Positions 1 to 12,222 of a DNA stretch of 64,000 bases are shown here, piece after piece; the stretch's first letter is position 1, and every line of letters starts with the position of its first letter. Origin of the DNA: Amoebophrya sp. A120 (lineage: Eukaryota; Protista; Dinoflagellata). Where the stretch lies: NCBI GenBank assembly GCA_905178155.1, contig CAJINV010000001.1:14818142-14882141 (forward strand), in the 5' to 3' direction. Made by a program: the position numbers and the translations under genes. The notes beneath the pieces are model-generated. The model had not been told where the DNA came from. It made no database searches and saw only the letters and a program-made list of their open reading frames with translations.

Positions 1-610
1 TCGTGTTTCCCGTACCGAGCCCGTGGTCCAGATCGCCGGCCGCCACCTTGCTCCCCGGTGTCCGCGAAAACCAGCGCACGTGCCACTTGTGCAATTCGCT
101 GCAGTAGCCCGTGCAACAGCTGTAGACGACGCAGACACAGCAAATCAAAGCGAGAAAGCCTAGTAAGCCGAAGAACAGGTAAAAGTACAAACCGAACTCG
201 TCTTTATCCGAACCCCCGGCGGTGGAGGTCCCTGCAGGCACTGGCGTCGTAGAAGTTGTTGTGGTTGTACTTGTAGTCGCTACTACTACCGCCGAGGTGC
301 AGTTTGTAGAAGAGGAATTTGTTGCGTTCGTGCTGTTTGAAGTACTGTTATCGCAAGACGATGATGAAAACGACGATGTGGAGAGCAGCCTCAGCCATTC
401 GTAATTTACCAGGTCATCTACTTCGGCGTCGACACTGTCAAAGGGCAGCCGCGCATGTGGCGATCTTATTTCTTCAACGGAAGAAAGCTGGGGCGGAGAT
501 AGGTGAGCAGTCGGAGCACCATTCGTTCCCGTTGCAGTTGACGAGCTCAGGCGGGAACTCACGTCAACAAGGGAAGAACTGCTGCTCGTGGCTGGAAACG
601 GCATGGGCAT
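1..610 (-). CDS. Hypothetical Ser/Thr-rich protein, 5' part (runs off the window edge)
   Basis: Manual translation from the ATG at 610 gives MPMPFPATSSSS...DKDEF, then a probable GT-AG intron (~120-192) and an open frame to the window end. No recognisable domain. Confidence 0.45.
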   Translation of the reverse strand, partial: MPMPFPATSSSSSLVDVSSRLSSSTATGTNGAPTAHLSPPQLSSVEEIRSPHARLPFDSVDAEVDDLVNYEWLRLLSTSSFSSSSCDNSTSNSTNATNSSSTNCTSAVVVATTSTTTTTSTTPVPAGTSTAGGSDKDEFGLYFYLFFGLLGFLALICCVCVVYSCCTGYCSELHKWHVRWFSRTPGSKVAAGDLDHGLGTGNT

Positions 611-941
611 GGCTCTTGCTCTTGGGTCTGTGAGTTTGATGAAGTCAGACTATTGTGGTTGGACTAGATTGCGCACGAATTTGACCACGACCACCTGTCA
701 GACAACGCAACTGCGAATAAATGGAGCCCACTATGGTGCTGCAGCACAGATGTCACAGATAAAGACCTCGGCCTGTTGGAACCGCAGTACAGTAACAAAA
801 GGAAAAGACTCTAGCTAGTCTTGCTTCAACTCCCGACCTTCACTCGCATACGGAATCTCTTCTCTCACATTCATCAACACTCTAGACTTTGTCGTGACTT
901 TATGATCTACAACACAATCACAGAAGCGTGCTCTCACAGTA

Positions 942-977
942 AACAAGCCTCGACTTCTCAACAAGCCTCGACTTCTC
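942..977. repeat. 18-bp tandem duplication (aacaagcctcgacttctc x2)
   Basis: Two exact adjacent copies followed by a degenerate partial copy. Intergenic. Confidence 0.85.
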
Positions 978-1360
978 AACGACTCCCTCTTTTGCCAATT
1001 CACCATTCATGAAAATACTGGTCTTGCCAGCCTCTGGAGAGCAGGAAGGCCACAACAAACCGCGAGCATACTCACAAGACTTGCTCTTGCTTCGACGTAA
1101 TTATGCGCAACGGCTTCAATTTCGTGTCGCTCTAATCTCATCATTTGATTTCATTGATGGGACAAGGGCTCTGTTCTAGTTTTCCTACCGCAGACTTCTA
1201 CATCCAGCAGATCCAACCGGACAAAAATGCATCAAATACAGCTTTATCATCTGACTCCCCGCCCCCCTCCTCAGGCCGAGGAAAGAAGATAAAGTTGCAA
1301 CATCCGTTAACTGTTAGTTTGACCATCTCCGTCATTTGAATAAAGTAGTGTGACAAATTA

Positions 1361-2770
1361 CTACACCATCAATTCCGGCGGTGCGTACTTGGTCAAGGTT
1401 GAGAAAAACGGGTCGCCTCCCACCCAGTCCTTGTTTTCTTCGTAGTTTGCGGGCTTGTCCAGGCCGGGGACGAACCGGAAACTGAACCACAGCGGGAAAT
1501 GGTCGGACACATGGCGGACCGAGCCCTCGTACAGCTTCTCGAGTTTGGTCGCCATCACGGGCGCCAGGTTCCGCTGGTCGTAAAAGATCCAATCCAGCGT
1601 CTGGTCCGGCAGCTGCTCCTCACAGGGGTCCGAGGGCCGCGCGGGGTGGGTGCTTGGAATGCGCAGCTGCAGACCACTGAAACAGTCCTGCATGAAGGGA
1701 AGCGCCTGTCGCAGCACCTGTTTGGGTCCGAACGCGCAGTTCAGATCGCCACAGAAAATCAGCGCCGGGGGGGCGAGCGGGGTGGTGGAAAACGGTCCAG
1801 CGGACGAGGACGAGGAGCCAGCATTTCCCGCTGTCTGGTGCGCGACAGTTTGTTGCAGCAGTACTGGCGACACGGAGGGCGTGCGACTCGAAGATTGCTT
1901 GCTTGTGGGTCCCACCAACTCCGCGCTGCTGGACAAGTCGCCCGCAAGACGGGGACTCGTCAAGTGGCTCTCGATATCATTGTCCACAAGCTGTCTGTTG
2001 GTACTAATGGCCCCGTCCGCCTGCTGCTCCGATGTTCCACCTCGTCGCCCGGTTGGGTCCCCGTGGTGCCCAAGCAGCAGTGCATCCATCATTGCTTGCA
2101 CCTCAAGCCACTCGCAGATTCGCCGCATCTGCTTTTTTCGCGGATCAGTGTTGGAGGTGAGATAGGGGTAGGAGCCCTGCCACGTCAGATGCGCCGTACA
2201 CACAAGCAACGTGTTGCAACCGTGCTCGAGCGAGAAATTATTGTTCCCCGATGTAGTCCCGTGTGTCCCAGCTCCAGCTCCACCAGGTACGATATTCATG
2301 CCAGCACTTCCAGTGATTCCAGAACTTGTCTTCCGAGAAGGCGTAGTACTGCTGCGACTTACTCCGGCGGTATTGAGCATAGAACTTCCACCTTGAGGAT
2401 CACTCGCTTCGGTGGGGGACTTTTCCCGTTCCCGCAGTAAAACCCAGAACAACCGGCGCTCGGTTTCCTCAATCCCCACGTCCTCTGCGCCGATTGCAAG
2501 TTTGTCAAACTTGCTGGCGTTCCACAAAATGTTGCCTTCCACCAAATACCCCGGGACGCTGGCGTCTTGCAGATACTCGAAGCCGACCAGCGCTTCGCGC
2601 ACGGCGTCCAAAACTTCCGGGCGCACCTCCTGCAGACAAAGGATGTCGGGGCGAAAGGTCTTGAAGAAATCCACGACAATTGCGCGCCGAGTGGCCCACT
2701 GCTCCGTATTCCACGCGTTCAGCGTGATGATGGAGTAGGGGGCGGAATGCGAAGAGCCACTGCTTGCCAT
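1361..2770 (-). CDS. Endonuclease/exonuclease/phosphatase (EEP) family protein
   Basis: 469-aa intronless ORF with the ordered EEP motifs TLNAWN, PDILCLQEV, TAHL, GDLN, LDWIF and SDHFP, separated by low-complexity insertions. Confidence 0.85.
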   Translation of the reverse strand: MASSGSSHSAPYSIITLNAWNTEQWATRRAIVVDFFKTFRPDILCLQEVRPEVLDAVREALVGFEYLQDASVPGYLVEGNILWNASKFDKLAIGAEDVGIEETERRLFWVLLREREKSPTEASDPQGGSSMLNTAGVSRSSTTPSRKTSSGITGSAGMNIVPGGAGAGTHGTTSGNNNFSLEHGCNTLLVCTAHLTWQGSYPYLTSNTDPRKKQMRRICEWLEVQAMMDALLLGHHGDPTGRRGGTSEQQADGAISTNRQLVDNDIESHLTSPRLAGDLSSSAELVGPTSKQSSSRTPSVSPVLLQQTVAHQTAGNAGSSSSSAGPFSTTPLAPPALIFCGDLNCAFGPKQVLRQALPFMQDCFSGLQLRIPSTHPARPSDPCEEQLPDQTLDWIFYDQRNLAPVMATKLEKLYEGSVRHVSDHFPLWFSFRFVPGLDKPANYEENKDWVGGDPFFSTLTKYAPPELMV

Positions 2771-3810
2771 GGTTTTGTTTTCTTACTTTGCGTAGAGTGA
2801 AAGATGAGCAGCACGGGAATTTAGTAGTACTTTAAAGGATCTATAGGCTGCATCTGCTTGCCCACCTTGGTGTCATAAATATCGAAGATGTCGCGGGATC
2901 GACGTGTGCGAGAAAATACGTGGTCGGAGGAAACTTTCTTGATCGTCTTTGCTGCAGTTCTTGAGCAGGAACCACGAGCCTTAATATACCTTTAGTTTTA
3001 TCAACTCGGGAGCACTCTCATTTTGCTGGTTTCACAAAATCGGAACAAGCTGCAATGCGTCTTTCTGCAGGTAAGAGGATCGAATAAGCCGCTGCATGTT
3101 GCTGGTGAACACCAGCAACATGGGAGACACGGACACGAACAACCAACCACAACATCACAACACTTGCAATAAACTACAGCGACCGGGCTCATGCTCAACA
3201 TCATCATCATGCATCAACTTCTTCGTGCGTGATTCCAATTCCGTTCAAAATCTAAATCATTCAATTGAATTTCAATGATGTTTCCATGCATGACATCATT
3301 AACCTGTCAAGGTACACAGTGTGTGAGACAATCTCAAATGCGGTCGCGGTGCCCGTGCATTCTGTCGTGAGGCAAAAGCGAATCAATGCGCACAGCCGCG
3401 TAAAATTTCAACTACAGAAACATGACATAATCGAATGAGGATTCTGTGCTATGGAAAGTGAGGCTTTCATTAAAAACGTAGATGCTGGATGATTGTTTGT
3501 TTGTTCATATTGGATACACGGAATCCGGGCGAAGTTTTTAGCTTCTCTCGTGTGGTCTTAGCGCTATTTGAAGAAAAATCCTTTTTGTGAGAGCCGCTTT
3601 AGGCCTGCACATGAGAAAAACTAAACAATGCTGGATGATAAATTTCCACATGTACATACAACACTTTTCATTTTTGAGCCAGATAAAAAACCTCGTACAC
3701 AAAATTCAACATTTCAAAGTACAAAGTAAGACAATTTTGACCATGCGCGCTCGCCACGTCACGGACTGCTGAAAAACTGGAAAGCGAGCTCTGCTGGTAT
3801 CTCGCGCGTC

Positions 3811-6800
3811 CTAACCGGAACCCGGAGACACGAAGGTCTGCGGCGCAGGTCGCGGCGCCGTCTGTCCACCTCCCGGCGCGGGCGTTTGTCCTGCCGTCGG
3901 GCTCGGAGTCGGACTGCTGTTTGCAGCTCGCTGACGGGCCCTTGCAATGGCCATATCTCGTTCCGCGTCTCGAATGTAATTTGCCGACATTTCGGAGATT
4001 GGCGCGTAGACGAGCCGCCCCTTGGTGTTTGCCCACTTTTTTGCAGGCGCCGTTGCGAAGTCGGTTACGTTGGCGTGACAGAGTCCCCAGTTGCCCTTCG
4101 CAATCTCTCCCAACAGTTGGGTGCGCGTCCACCGTTCCTCTCCCCAAACGCAAAGCACGGTCGGAAAAATGGGTAGAAACGGGCTGTCGTTACGGTTCGT
4201 CGCAGGTGCTCTTGGGAGCGGTGCGAACTTGGATTGCGCTTGCGGCAGTAGAGCCCCGATGGTACTGGCCCCGTCTACATGTTTCTGCACCTGAAGATCA
4301 AAAAAGTCAGACTCTTGTTGAAATTTTCAGTTTCAATCAAATCGGAAGTTCTTCTTCAACAATCGACTTGGAAGTGCAAGTGGTATGAACGAGTACATCG
4401 GCCTTACCTCCTCGGGGGTCGAGTGGTCGTTTCTTGTTATCGTCTTTGTTTTATCTTCGTCGGCATTAGATGAGGCAGGAGCCGCTTTCGGTTTCTTTTT
4501 CTTGCCCGAGACGAGTGCCGCTCCGAAGGAGGCAGCAAGATCTTTCCGTTTTTTTCGCTCGGCTGCTAGGTCGGCCCTCGTCTGGTTTGTGTACGCCGGA
4601 ACAATGTGAGATGACTCGGTTTGCGTTTGCACGGCTTCGGCGGGTGCTCCCTTACTAGAGACTTTTTGTGTAGAAGTCGTAGCAGCAGACACGACAGCTA
4701 CCTGTTTCATGTGCTCAGGGGCGTAATTCACAAAACCGCCGGCAGACAAATCAAAGGCCGACTCTTCCTGTATTGCTTTTGTCACCTTATCTGTTTCTTT
4801 CCTACAACTAGTACTTGGAGGAACTACAGTAGCTTGTTCTTCATTCTGCACAGCGATGTCCTCAGTCCCATTTTTCGTCAATGACGGTTGCTTCGGGTGC
4901 TGAAAAAGGTGCTCGAGGGGGGTCGAGGACCCAGATGCGGGCTGGAGATTATCCGGCTTCAGCTGCTTCCCATCACCGTTAGCGAGGCGGACCAGCCAGC
5001 GGCCAGTAGCGATATTGAAAAGTAATGCCACACCTAGCTCCCCGTTGAGATGCGGAGCGCCCTTCAGTCCGTGGATTGAAACAACCTGAAAAAGACGATC
5101 GTGTGACTCGGCACGTCTTGTGGATCTTCATGATGACTTTAACTTTGTATCTCAATCTGTATGTAGCTTTTGTTGTATCTTTATATATAATGAACAAAAT
5201 CACAAATACCTGGCCCGCAAAAACGTGCGTTCCCTCCAGGTCCGGTTCCCGCTTCAGCGCACGCGTGTAACTTAGTTCCACCGCTTTCGTGAGGCAGTCC
5301 TTACCTGTGGTGATCGTCCAGCCTTCGTGGACGCCGCCTAAAACCACGCACGCCGTGATGGCTTCCGACTTTTTCGGGCCGCCGATCAGGTGTTCAATGT
5401 GGACGAGATCGGTAGCCCTTTGGTACTTCACGTCTCTCAATTGCTGCTTGACCTCCATCAACAGTGGCTCGCACTTTTCCTGGGTTTCCGGCCCCATGTG
5501 CATCGCTGCATCGGCTTCAGCAGATTCACCCAGGGCGCACTCGCGCAGCAGTGTCAAGAGGCGATTTGCAGCGGGATTTGTCCCTGGGGTCGTCAGTGAG
5601 GCTGGCGTGCCGCGGACTTCTGTTGTACCAGCTGATGCTGGTGGGGGCGTCGTTGTACAATAATTCCTGGCTGTACTATCCTTTCTATGTGCATCAGTGC
5701 CTCGTGTGGTCGTCGCCTGCATCAGTGGTTCGTGTCTCCTCGCCAGGTTGATTGCCGTGACCCGGTCTTCGCCGCACGTGACAGAGTCGTCGGCCAGAGA
5801 GAACTTGGCAGTGACCGGAAATGTGTAGGATGGCCAAATGGTCTTTTCCACTTGTGTCATCTGCAGGTCAAACCATTCCTCTTTCGGACGCTTCTTCACA
5901 TTTTTACATTTACTTTTTCCCGACTTGCTCTCGTCGGGATTAAAGGCGTGCAGGGGAACCAGTGGGTGGATCATGGCCGCTCTGCTTCTACTCGCGCAGC
6001 TCTGGCCGCTTGTAGCTGCATTCAGGACGTCCCCCGTGAGAATACCACGCCTGTCCCCAGGCGACCACATCAGAGTGCTCTCCACGAACAGTGCATTTTT
6101 GTCGTGCTGAGTATTGTCTTGCGCCACGTCCGCGGTCGTCGGGGTCTCGATCCCGTCAACTTCCTCCACCTCCTGCTGTATTTTCTGGTCCTCATCCTTC
6201 TCGACTGCGGGTGCTGCGGCGATGCCCGAAGCGCGTAGATTCGCCATGAGCTCGTTGTTGACCTGCTCCAGCATCAAAACGAACCAGGCTGCCCAGTCAA
6301 TCCACGCGGCTTCCATTCCGCCAATTTTCACGAGCTTCTTGCGCAACTTGTTCTGATGCCGTTTCACGAAAATCTCACGTGGTTGTTCCTTCCGGAATTC
6401 CCCTTCTTCGTTGGTCTTTTTATCACCACCGCTGCTCGTTTTCGCGTTCTTCTTTTCCCTTTCCGTCCTCTTTGCTTTTGTCTCTCTCAAGTTCGCCTCC
6501 TCCAGCTCCTCTTTGGTCAGACACGGGATTTTGTGGAAGGGGTGCTTCGGGTCGGCGGACCGTTGCAGGCCGCCCATAATATTCGCCACAGCGTTTCGAA
6601 TGTATGACGCCTTTCCGTCATACCGCAAGACCGCCGTATCCGCTCCAATCGACGCCTGTTCGACGATATGGGCAATAGTGGGCGGAAGAGCGGCGGTCGA
6701 TGTTGTTGTGGTTGTTGAGCGGCTTACTTGTTCAGAGGGAGCACTTCCAGCAACACCACGATTCTCGCCTAGTACTTCACCTCCTCTAGTAGCTGTTCTC

Positions 6801-8387
6801 CCGCGGCCAACGGAGGCTGGTGCTCGCCCAGTGGTCGCGGCAGAGACCACTTCGCGAACCGTCAACAGGTGGTGCTGTTCCGAAGAGGATGCGGGGCTAG
6901 AATTATCCGGCTGCTCAGAAGAAGCCGCAGGTGAGCTGGGCGAGTCCAGCGGGGTGCTGTCTCCTGGTGCCGTAGTGGCTGTTCGCGCATCGGGGGACAT
7001 CGCCATTGGTGGAACCGCAACGTGGTTCGCCGTCATGTCAACATCGCCGTCGGTTGGCGTGGAACGGCCTGAAATTTTTGTGTGCATCGAACAGTTCGTG
7101 GGGCATCGCATCTGCAATGTAAGTTTGAGTTTCTCTTCCTGAGTCATCTTCTTTCCTTTACCTTTGTATATGCAAATCCGTCGCAAGTGCCCCCGAAAAG
7201 AAAACACAAAAGACTTGTAACGATCCTGAAACTGAATGTATGATGCATCGATATCATGATCTCTTAGTACTCGCGGTAGGCGGGGGCGACCACGATGCCG
7301 GTGCTTCATCCGAGGCAGCGTCTGGACCTGCAAGAAACGTGGCTGGATCGTCCTGTATTCGCTGCATGTACCGCAGGTTGTCGAGCGCCAAAGCGCCATA
7401 CTTGTCGCCGAAAGCAACTGCGGGCTCGCCGTGCTCGTCTTCCAGCAGCAACATAAAATGCAAGAGCTCGCCTGCGTTGCGAAATACGCGCTCAGAACTC
7501 TTCTCCGGCTCTTCGACCTTGGAAATCAGGTAAACAGCGTTGATGCGATCCCGATTTGGGTGTGGCGGCGGACCGGTCTGCCGGAGACTTTGCACGAACG
7601 CATCCTCGATAACGCGCGGCAGACTATTTCCAGATTGCAATTCTCGTGCGACTTCAGCGACGTCGACCGGATCGCGTATACGTGAAGAGGTGGCGGTATC
7701 TTCGGATAAATCGCCTTGTACTTCCAGCGCGGGCCGCCCTGCGTCATGGGATCGTCCTCGTCTGGAAGAGGAGGCAGCTGCGGTTTCAACTTCATCTTCA
7801 GCTGCTTCTGCGGACGCTGCTGCAGCTGCGTCGCCCGTTCGCACAGCTCCGGGCCCGGTCCTCGCAGGTGGACTATAATCAGCTGGCTCGTTTGCCGCGA
7901 GCAGAAAGCTGTTTGAGAGCGTCTGCCGTAGATCGCGCTCCATCTGCTGCCGCAGCCGTAGATTGTAGCTTTCGTGACTGGCGATTATGGAGTTTTCTTG
8001 AATGAGCGCCGCGATCTCCCCGCCAGTGAAACTTTGCATCAGTTCGTGCCGGGTGGGCGGGGGGCAGGTAAACCGGGCCTTGCACACGTTGCAGGTATGG
8101 TGGCGAACATCGCGATCGTAGAGCGATGGGTGTGTAGGCTGGGTCACCAGCACGGCCCGCTGCCACCGCCGCAAGCAGTCTAGGTGGACATACTTCTGCC
8201 CACCTGCACAATCGCAGGGAGAAATGAGAGGCCGTTCTCCGTTCTGGTCATCTTCGAAGCAGTAGCGACACAATCGCTCCTGCTCAGCTGCAAGTTCGTC
8301 CGTAATGACGTCAGTGTCTGGTGTTGTCTTGACAAGCTGTGCTGCAGCTACGTCAGCCTTCTCCATCTCCACCGGCGCGGAAATCAT
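3811..8387 (-). CDS. RING-CH (RINGv, MARCH-like) zinc finger + DUF179/AlgH-like + small SH3-like module protein, 4 exons
   Basis: C4HC3 motif CRYC..SPCDC..YVHLDCL..W..CNVC. In-frame GT-AG introns at 7162-7270, 5086-5209 and 4291-4407 join ORFs 7254-8387, 4979-7417, 4333-5031 and 3811-4290. DUF179-like motifs AVYLI, AINLAR, LIGGP and WGEERWTRTQLLGEIAKGNW. Confidence 0.65.
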
Positions 8388-10294
8388 TTTGATTTACATC
8401 TACTGCTACATCTACTCCTCTGGCGGAGACAAGAATGAGTCTTCTCCGGATTCGCTCAAGAACGCTGAGTCTGTGCAAAAAAACTAATTTGCTGCTGACT
8501 CGTGAATTTAGGCTTCTACTCGTCCTATTGTGAAAATTATTGTTGACAAATCAGCTTAAAACGGAAACGCGTCGCCATTTTATTGCACCAAGTTCGACAA
8601 GCCGAATTTGTTGAAGCCTTCCTTTGCTGATAGATACTGATGACGGAACCAGAACACTTGTAACTCAAAAAAACATGCCGCGGAGTAATGCAAAAACACA
8701 TCCGGAGGACGCCCAAACTTCTTTGGATGCGAAAACGTAAGCCGTGCCGTCTCCGAGCAAGATTTGGCCCTTTTCGCAACCAAGCAATCGCGGCGAGCCC
8801 CGGCTCGGGCTTCCCGTGTGCCGCGCGAAAATACAGCTTCCCCGACGGCAACACGGCGCGGATGGATGGAAACTGCACGCAGTGGCACTCATAACCGGCG
8901 ACATCGATCACCCGAGGCGTCCGCGGTTCCATCAATAACGACGCGCGCGGGCCACTGCAGGGCCCTTCGTGCGCGCGCCCCCTGTTTCGTAAGCGAGCAC
9001 CCCCAAGCCCCTGCTCCCTGGGCGGGCTACTTACTTCCCTGGGGGCAGGGGCCTCGCCAAAATCGCAGCCGCGTGGCGCGCGGAGCGCGTACAACCCGCC
9101 GGCCTAATTCGGGGGGGGGGCCAATCACGGGCGCCCCTCCGCAAGACACCGGCGCCCCGCCCGGGGGCGCGGGAATCGTAAGCGCGCGCGCCGGCTCGTC
9201 GCCAAGCGAGGCGGGCCGGTAAAGCGAGGCAGGGATCGACGGCCTGGGCCCAATACACGAGAACCGCGCCAGCGTTCGCCTTGTCGAAATCTATCTCCGG
9301 CGCGCTGGTCGATCCACGCTTCAGGTCCTTCTCGAGGCCCCCGCCGGCCGTTGGTTTTGGCCACGCCCGCGCCCCTCTCTCTTTCTTTGGGCCGGCTGCT
9401 GTCCCTGCCAGGGAAGCCCTGGCCGCCCGGCGACGATCGAAAGAACGAAAGCAAAGCCACCGAGGCGAGCCGGCGCACCTCTCCCTCGCCCCTGGGTGAC
9501 GGCGTGGGGGAGAGGGGGCGCGGTAAAGCAGAGAGTGCCCCCGCTGCGGGCTGCGTCTTGGATACCCCCGAGCCGCAGAGTGTCTCGGGAGTAGTTGCGC
9601 TGCGGATATTGGGGGTCGACTGGGGCCGGAAGGGCGCGCCCAATGGGAAGCCGCTTGCTGGGCATTCGGGGCAGATCGCTGGCGCAGCGGGAAGAAGCGG
9701 GCGCGAGCACGCCCAGGCCATAAAAAAAGAAGACAGAGGCGCGGCCCCTGTTGCACCGCTGCGCCATTCGCAGCGCGGCGCCGTCCCCGGCGGACCGCGA
9801 AACAGGCCTGGAGGCGCTGCGCGATCTTTGACAGGGTCATCCACAGAAATTCTACCGCCTGCGCTGGAACTCGTCGCGGCAGCAGGCGTCACCTTGGGGC
9901 TGTTCTTGTTTGCAGTCAGGGAAGCGCTCTGATGCCCGGCTCCCCCATCAGGCCACGCGTCGAGATTGCTGCCCCGCTTCTGCCTCCCCTGCTTCCCACG
10001 CAAGCAGGGTCGCTGCCTGTAAACGCTCGCGCACTCCCCGAAGCTTCCGCAGTTCGCTCCTCCTCGAGCGCGCGCGTCTTTCTCTGCTCGCTTCGGCTTC
10101 GCGATTGCTCGGCATAAGATTAAGAAGTTGAGGCAGATCTACTAGCACTATAAAAAAAAAAGAACTTGAACTGGGAACACCAACACCAACACATGTGGTC
10201 TGGAAAATAAACGAAGTGTCCTCTTCACTTTGATCAAACAGTGCGGATGTAAGATCGACACTCGTTTCAATGATTGTGTCTTGCGTTTTTTCGT

Positions 10295-11248
10295 TTAGAA
10301 AGGATCATCCTTTCCCTCGATATCACTTGCTGACTTCTGAAACCTCCCAAATATTCTGCGAATTTCTGCCAAAATAGCGTCGGCCTCTCTCTCAGGGCTG
10401 TATTGACACGACAGTGACACGTTGAGCAAAACATCATGATGTTCTGCATTCGAGACCACCCTATCTGTCGTGTCTCGGACCATGATCTGCGCGCCATCGC
10501 GGCAGACCAGCGACGCAGTTGAGTTCTCCGTGGACCTTGAGCTTGAACCTCTTCTCTTCCCTACTAGCGATGACACCACTGTTTCGATGTTCTTCAAGCA
10601 GGCTTTGTACTTCTCAACACCCATCGTCTGCTGCCGCCCCGTTTGCCTGCCGCGCTGAACGATGCGTTCTCTAACACAGGAAAAATCAGCCAGAAAAACG
10701 ATCACGCGAGCGACGCTGTAGCCCGCGTCCGCGATGCACTGCAACCGTTCGAAACTGTCGGCCGTGGAAAAAGTGAACGGCAACATGACCGACCGTCCCT
10801 CCGCCACCGCTTGTGCGAGCATCTGTTCCTTGAACTTGGCCGCGACCGGTTTCATAGCTTCGAAAAGACGCGTTGGATCTTCGCCATGATCACCCCGCTT
10901 TGCTGCTATTTCCTCCTGCCACTGGCCGTGGACGTCGCGCATCAAATCGCCGTCGAAGTCCACGAACTGCGAACCCTGGTCACTCTCCAGAAACTCCTTC
11001 CGATACGCAGATTTCCCGCCGCCGGCAGGACCGAGGAGCAAAATCGCCTCCCGACTACAGCGCGCGGTGTTGTACGCAACCGCCCGTTTCCAGGCTCTTC
11101 CCTCGTCCTCCGTGAAGTCACGAATGCTCGTCATCTTTTTGTTCCCGAAGTCGCGTCCAGGTTGGGGAATAGGTCTCGACGCTGCCACAAGTAGATCAAC
11201 TGTTGTCGTAGTGTACGTGTTGGTGTTGTCGTCCCGGAGGCGGCCCAT
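10295..11248 (-). CDS. Zeta-toxin-like P-loop NTPase/kinase
   Basis: Walker A LLLGPAGGGKS, FVDFDGDLMRDVH (IDxDxxR-like) and lid motif RERIVQRGRQTGR. Intronless, 317 aa. Confidence 0.7.
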   Translation of the reverse strand: MGRLRDDNTNTYTTTTVDLLVAASRPIPQPGRDFGNKKMTSIRDFTEDEGRAWKRAVAYNTARCSREAILLLGPAGGGKSAYRKEFLESDQGSQFVDFDGDLMRDVHGQWQEEIAAKRGDHGEDPTRLFEAMKPVAAKFKEQMLAQAVAEGRSVMLPFTFSTADSFERLQCIADAGYSVARVIVFLADFSCVRERIVQRGRQTGRQQTMGVEKYKACLKNIETVVSSLVGKRRGSSSRSTENSTASLVCRDGAQIMVRDTTDRVVSNAEHHDVLLNVSLSCQYSPEREADAILAEIRRIFGRFQKSASDIEGKDDPF

Positions 11249-12222
11249 GCTTCTGGTAGATGTGTTTGAAGCGTTAATATTTCAGATCTGACAGGCACTA
11301 ACAGTTGGAGTAGGAGCGCGGGCTGCGGTACTAGAACGGAAAGTTTAGCTTTATTTTCACCTTTCTTTGAGCTCCTCCTAAGTTGTGCCAATAGCGTGTG
11401 CTTCAGCTTCTCATGGTGAAATACATCTATTGATAGTGAGCGACTACTAGCTCCCTCTTTCCTGCTAGGCGTCTGAAGGAAGTCCTCTGGTACAAAGAGG
11501 CGCGGAACAATATGTAAAGTGTGTATGGAGGCAGTTATTCAAGAAGTTTATGAACGAAGTAAGAGTCTTGCAGCTTTCAATTTTCTGCGCGATCATCAAC
11601 ATCATGGTTGTTTTTATATTTTGTTTGTTCTTTGCTACTCGCTAAGCTGCGCCGCCCGAAAATGTCAGTGACCACTGTTTCTTCCTTGGCGCTGCCGTAG
11701 CGGAGACGTCCGCTCTTTTTTGCTGGCGATTATCGTCACTGCAGCCATCGTGGCTGAGTGAAGTTTTATTGTGTTCTACTTCGCTTACAGTTGTGCCATT
11801 TGTTTTTTCTATATCATATGCAGTTCTTCTTGGAATCTATCGAAACGCACGAGCACAGTGATTACTGGCCCGTCATCATCATCCTAGTACTTTTGTCTCC
11901 CGTGTTGATAGTGATTTGCTTCCGATTAGAAAAAGCAAATGGAGACACATGTATGAAGAGAGGTACTTTGAAAGTGGAGGAAGGACTAGCGAACATCAAC
12001 TCTTATGTTCGTAAACCATGTCTCGTCATTATGTGTCAGTGTAGGCAAAACAGGACTTTGTGTGTATTAGCTAGGCACACTGTATTGTTAATTTCCCTTG
12101 GAGCAAACCTCGAGCCTAAGGAGCCGCGGGGAAATGCTAAGGATATTCATATCATTTTTGGGGCTGCATACATGAAAGTTTGATTTTGGAATCTTGATAG
12201 AGGACCACCCTTCCCTTATCTC

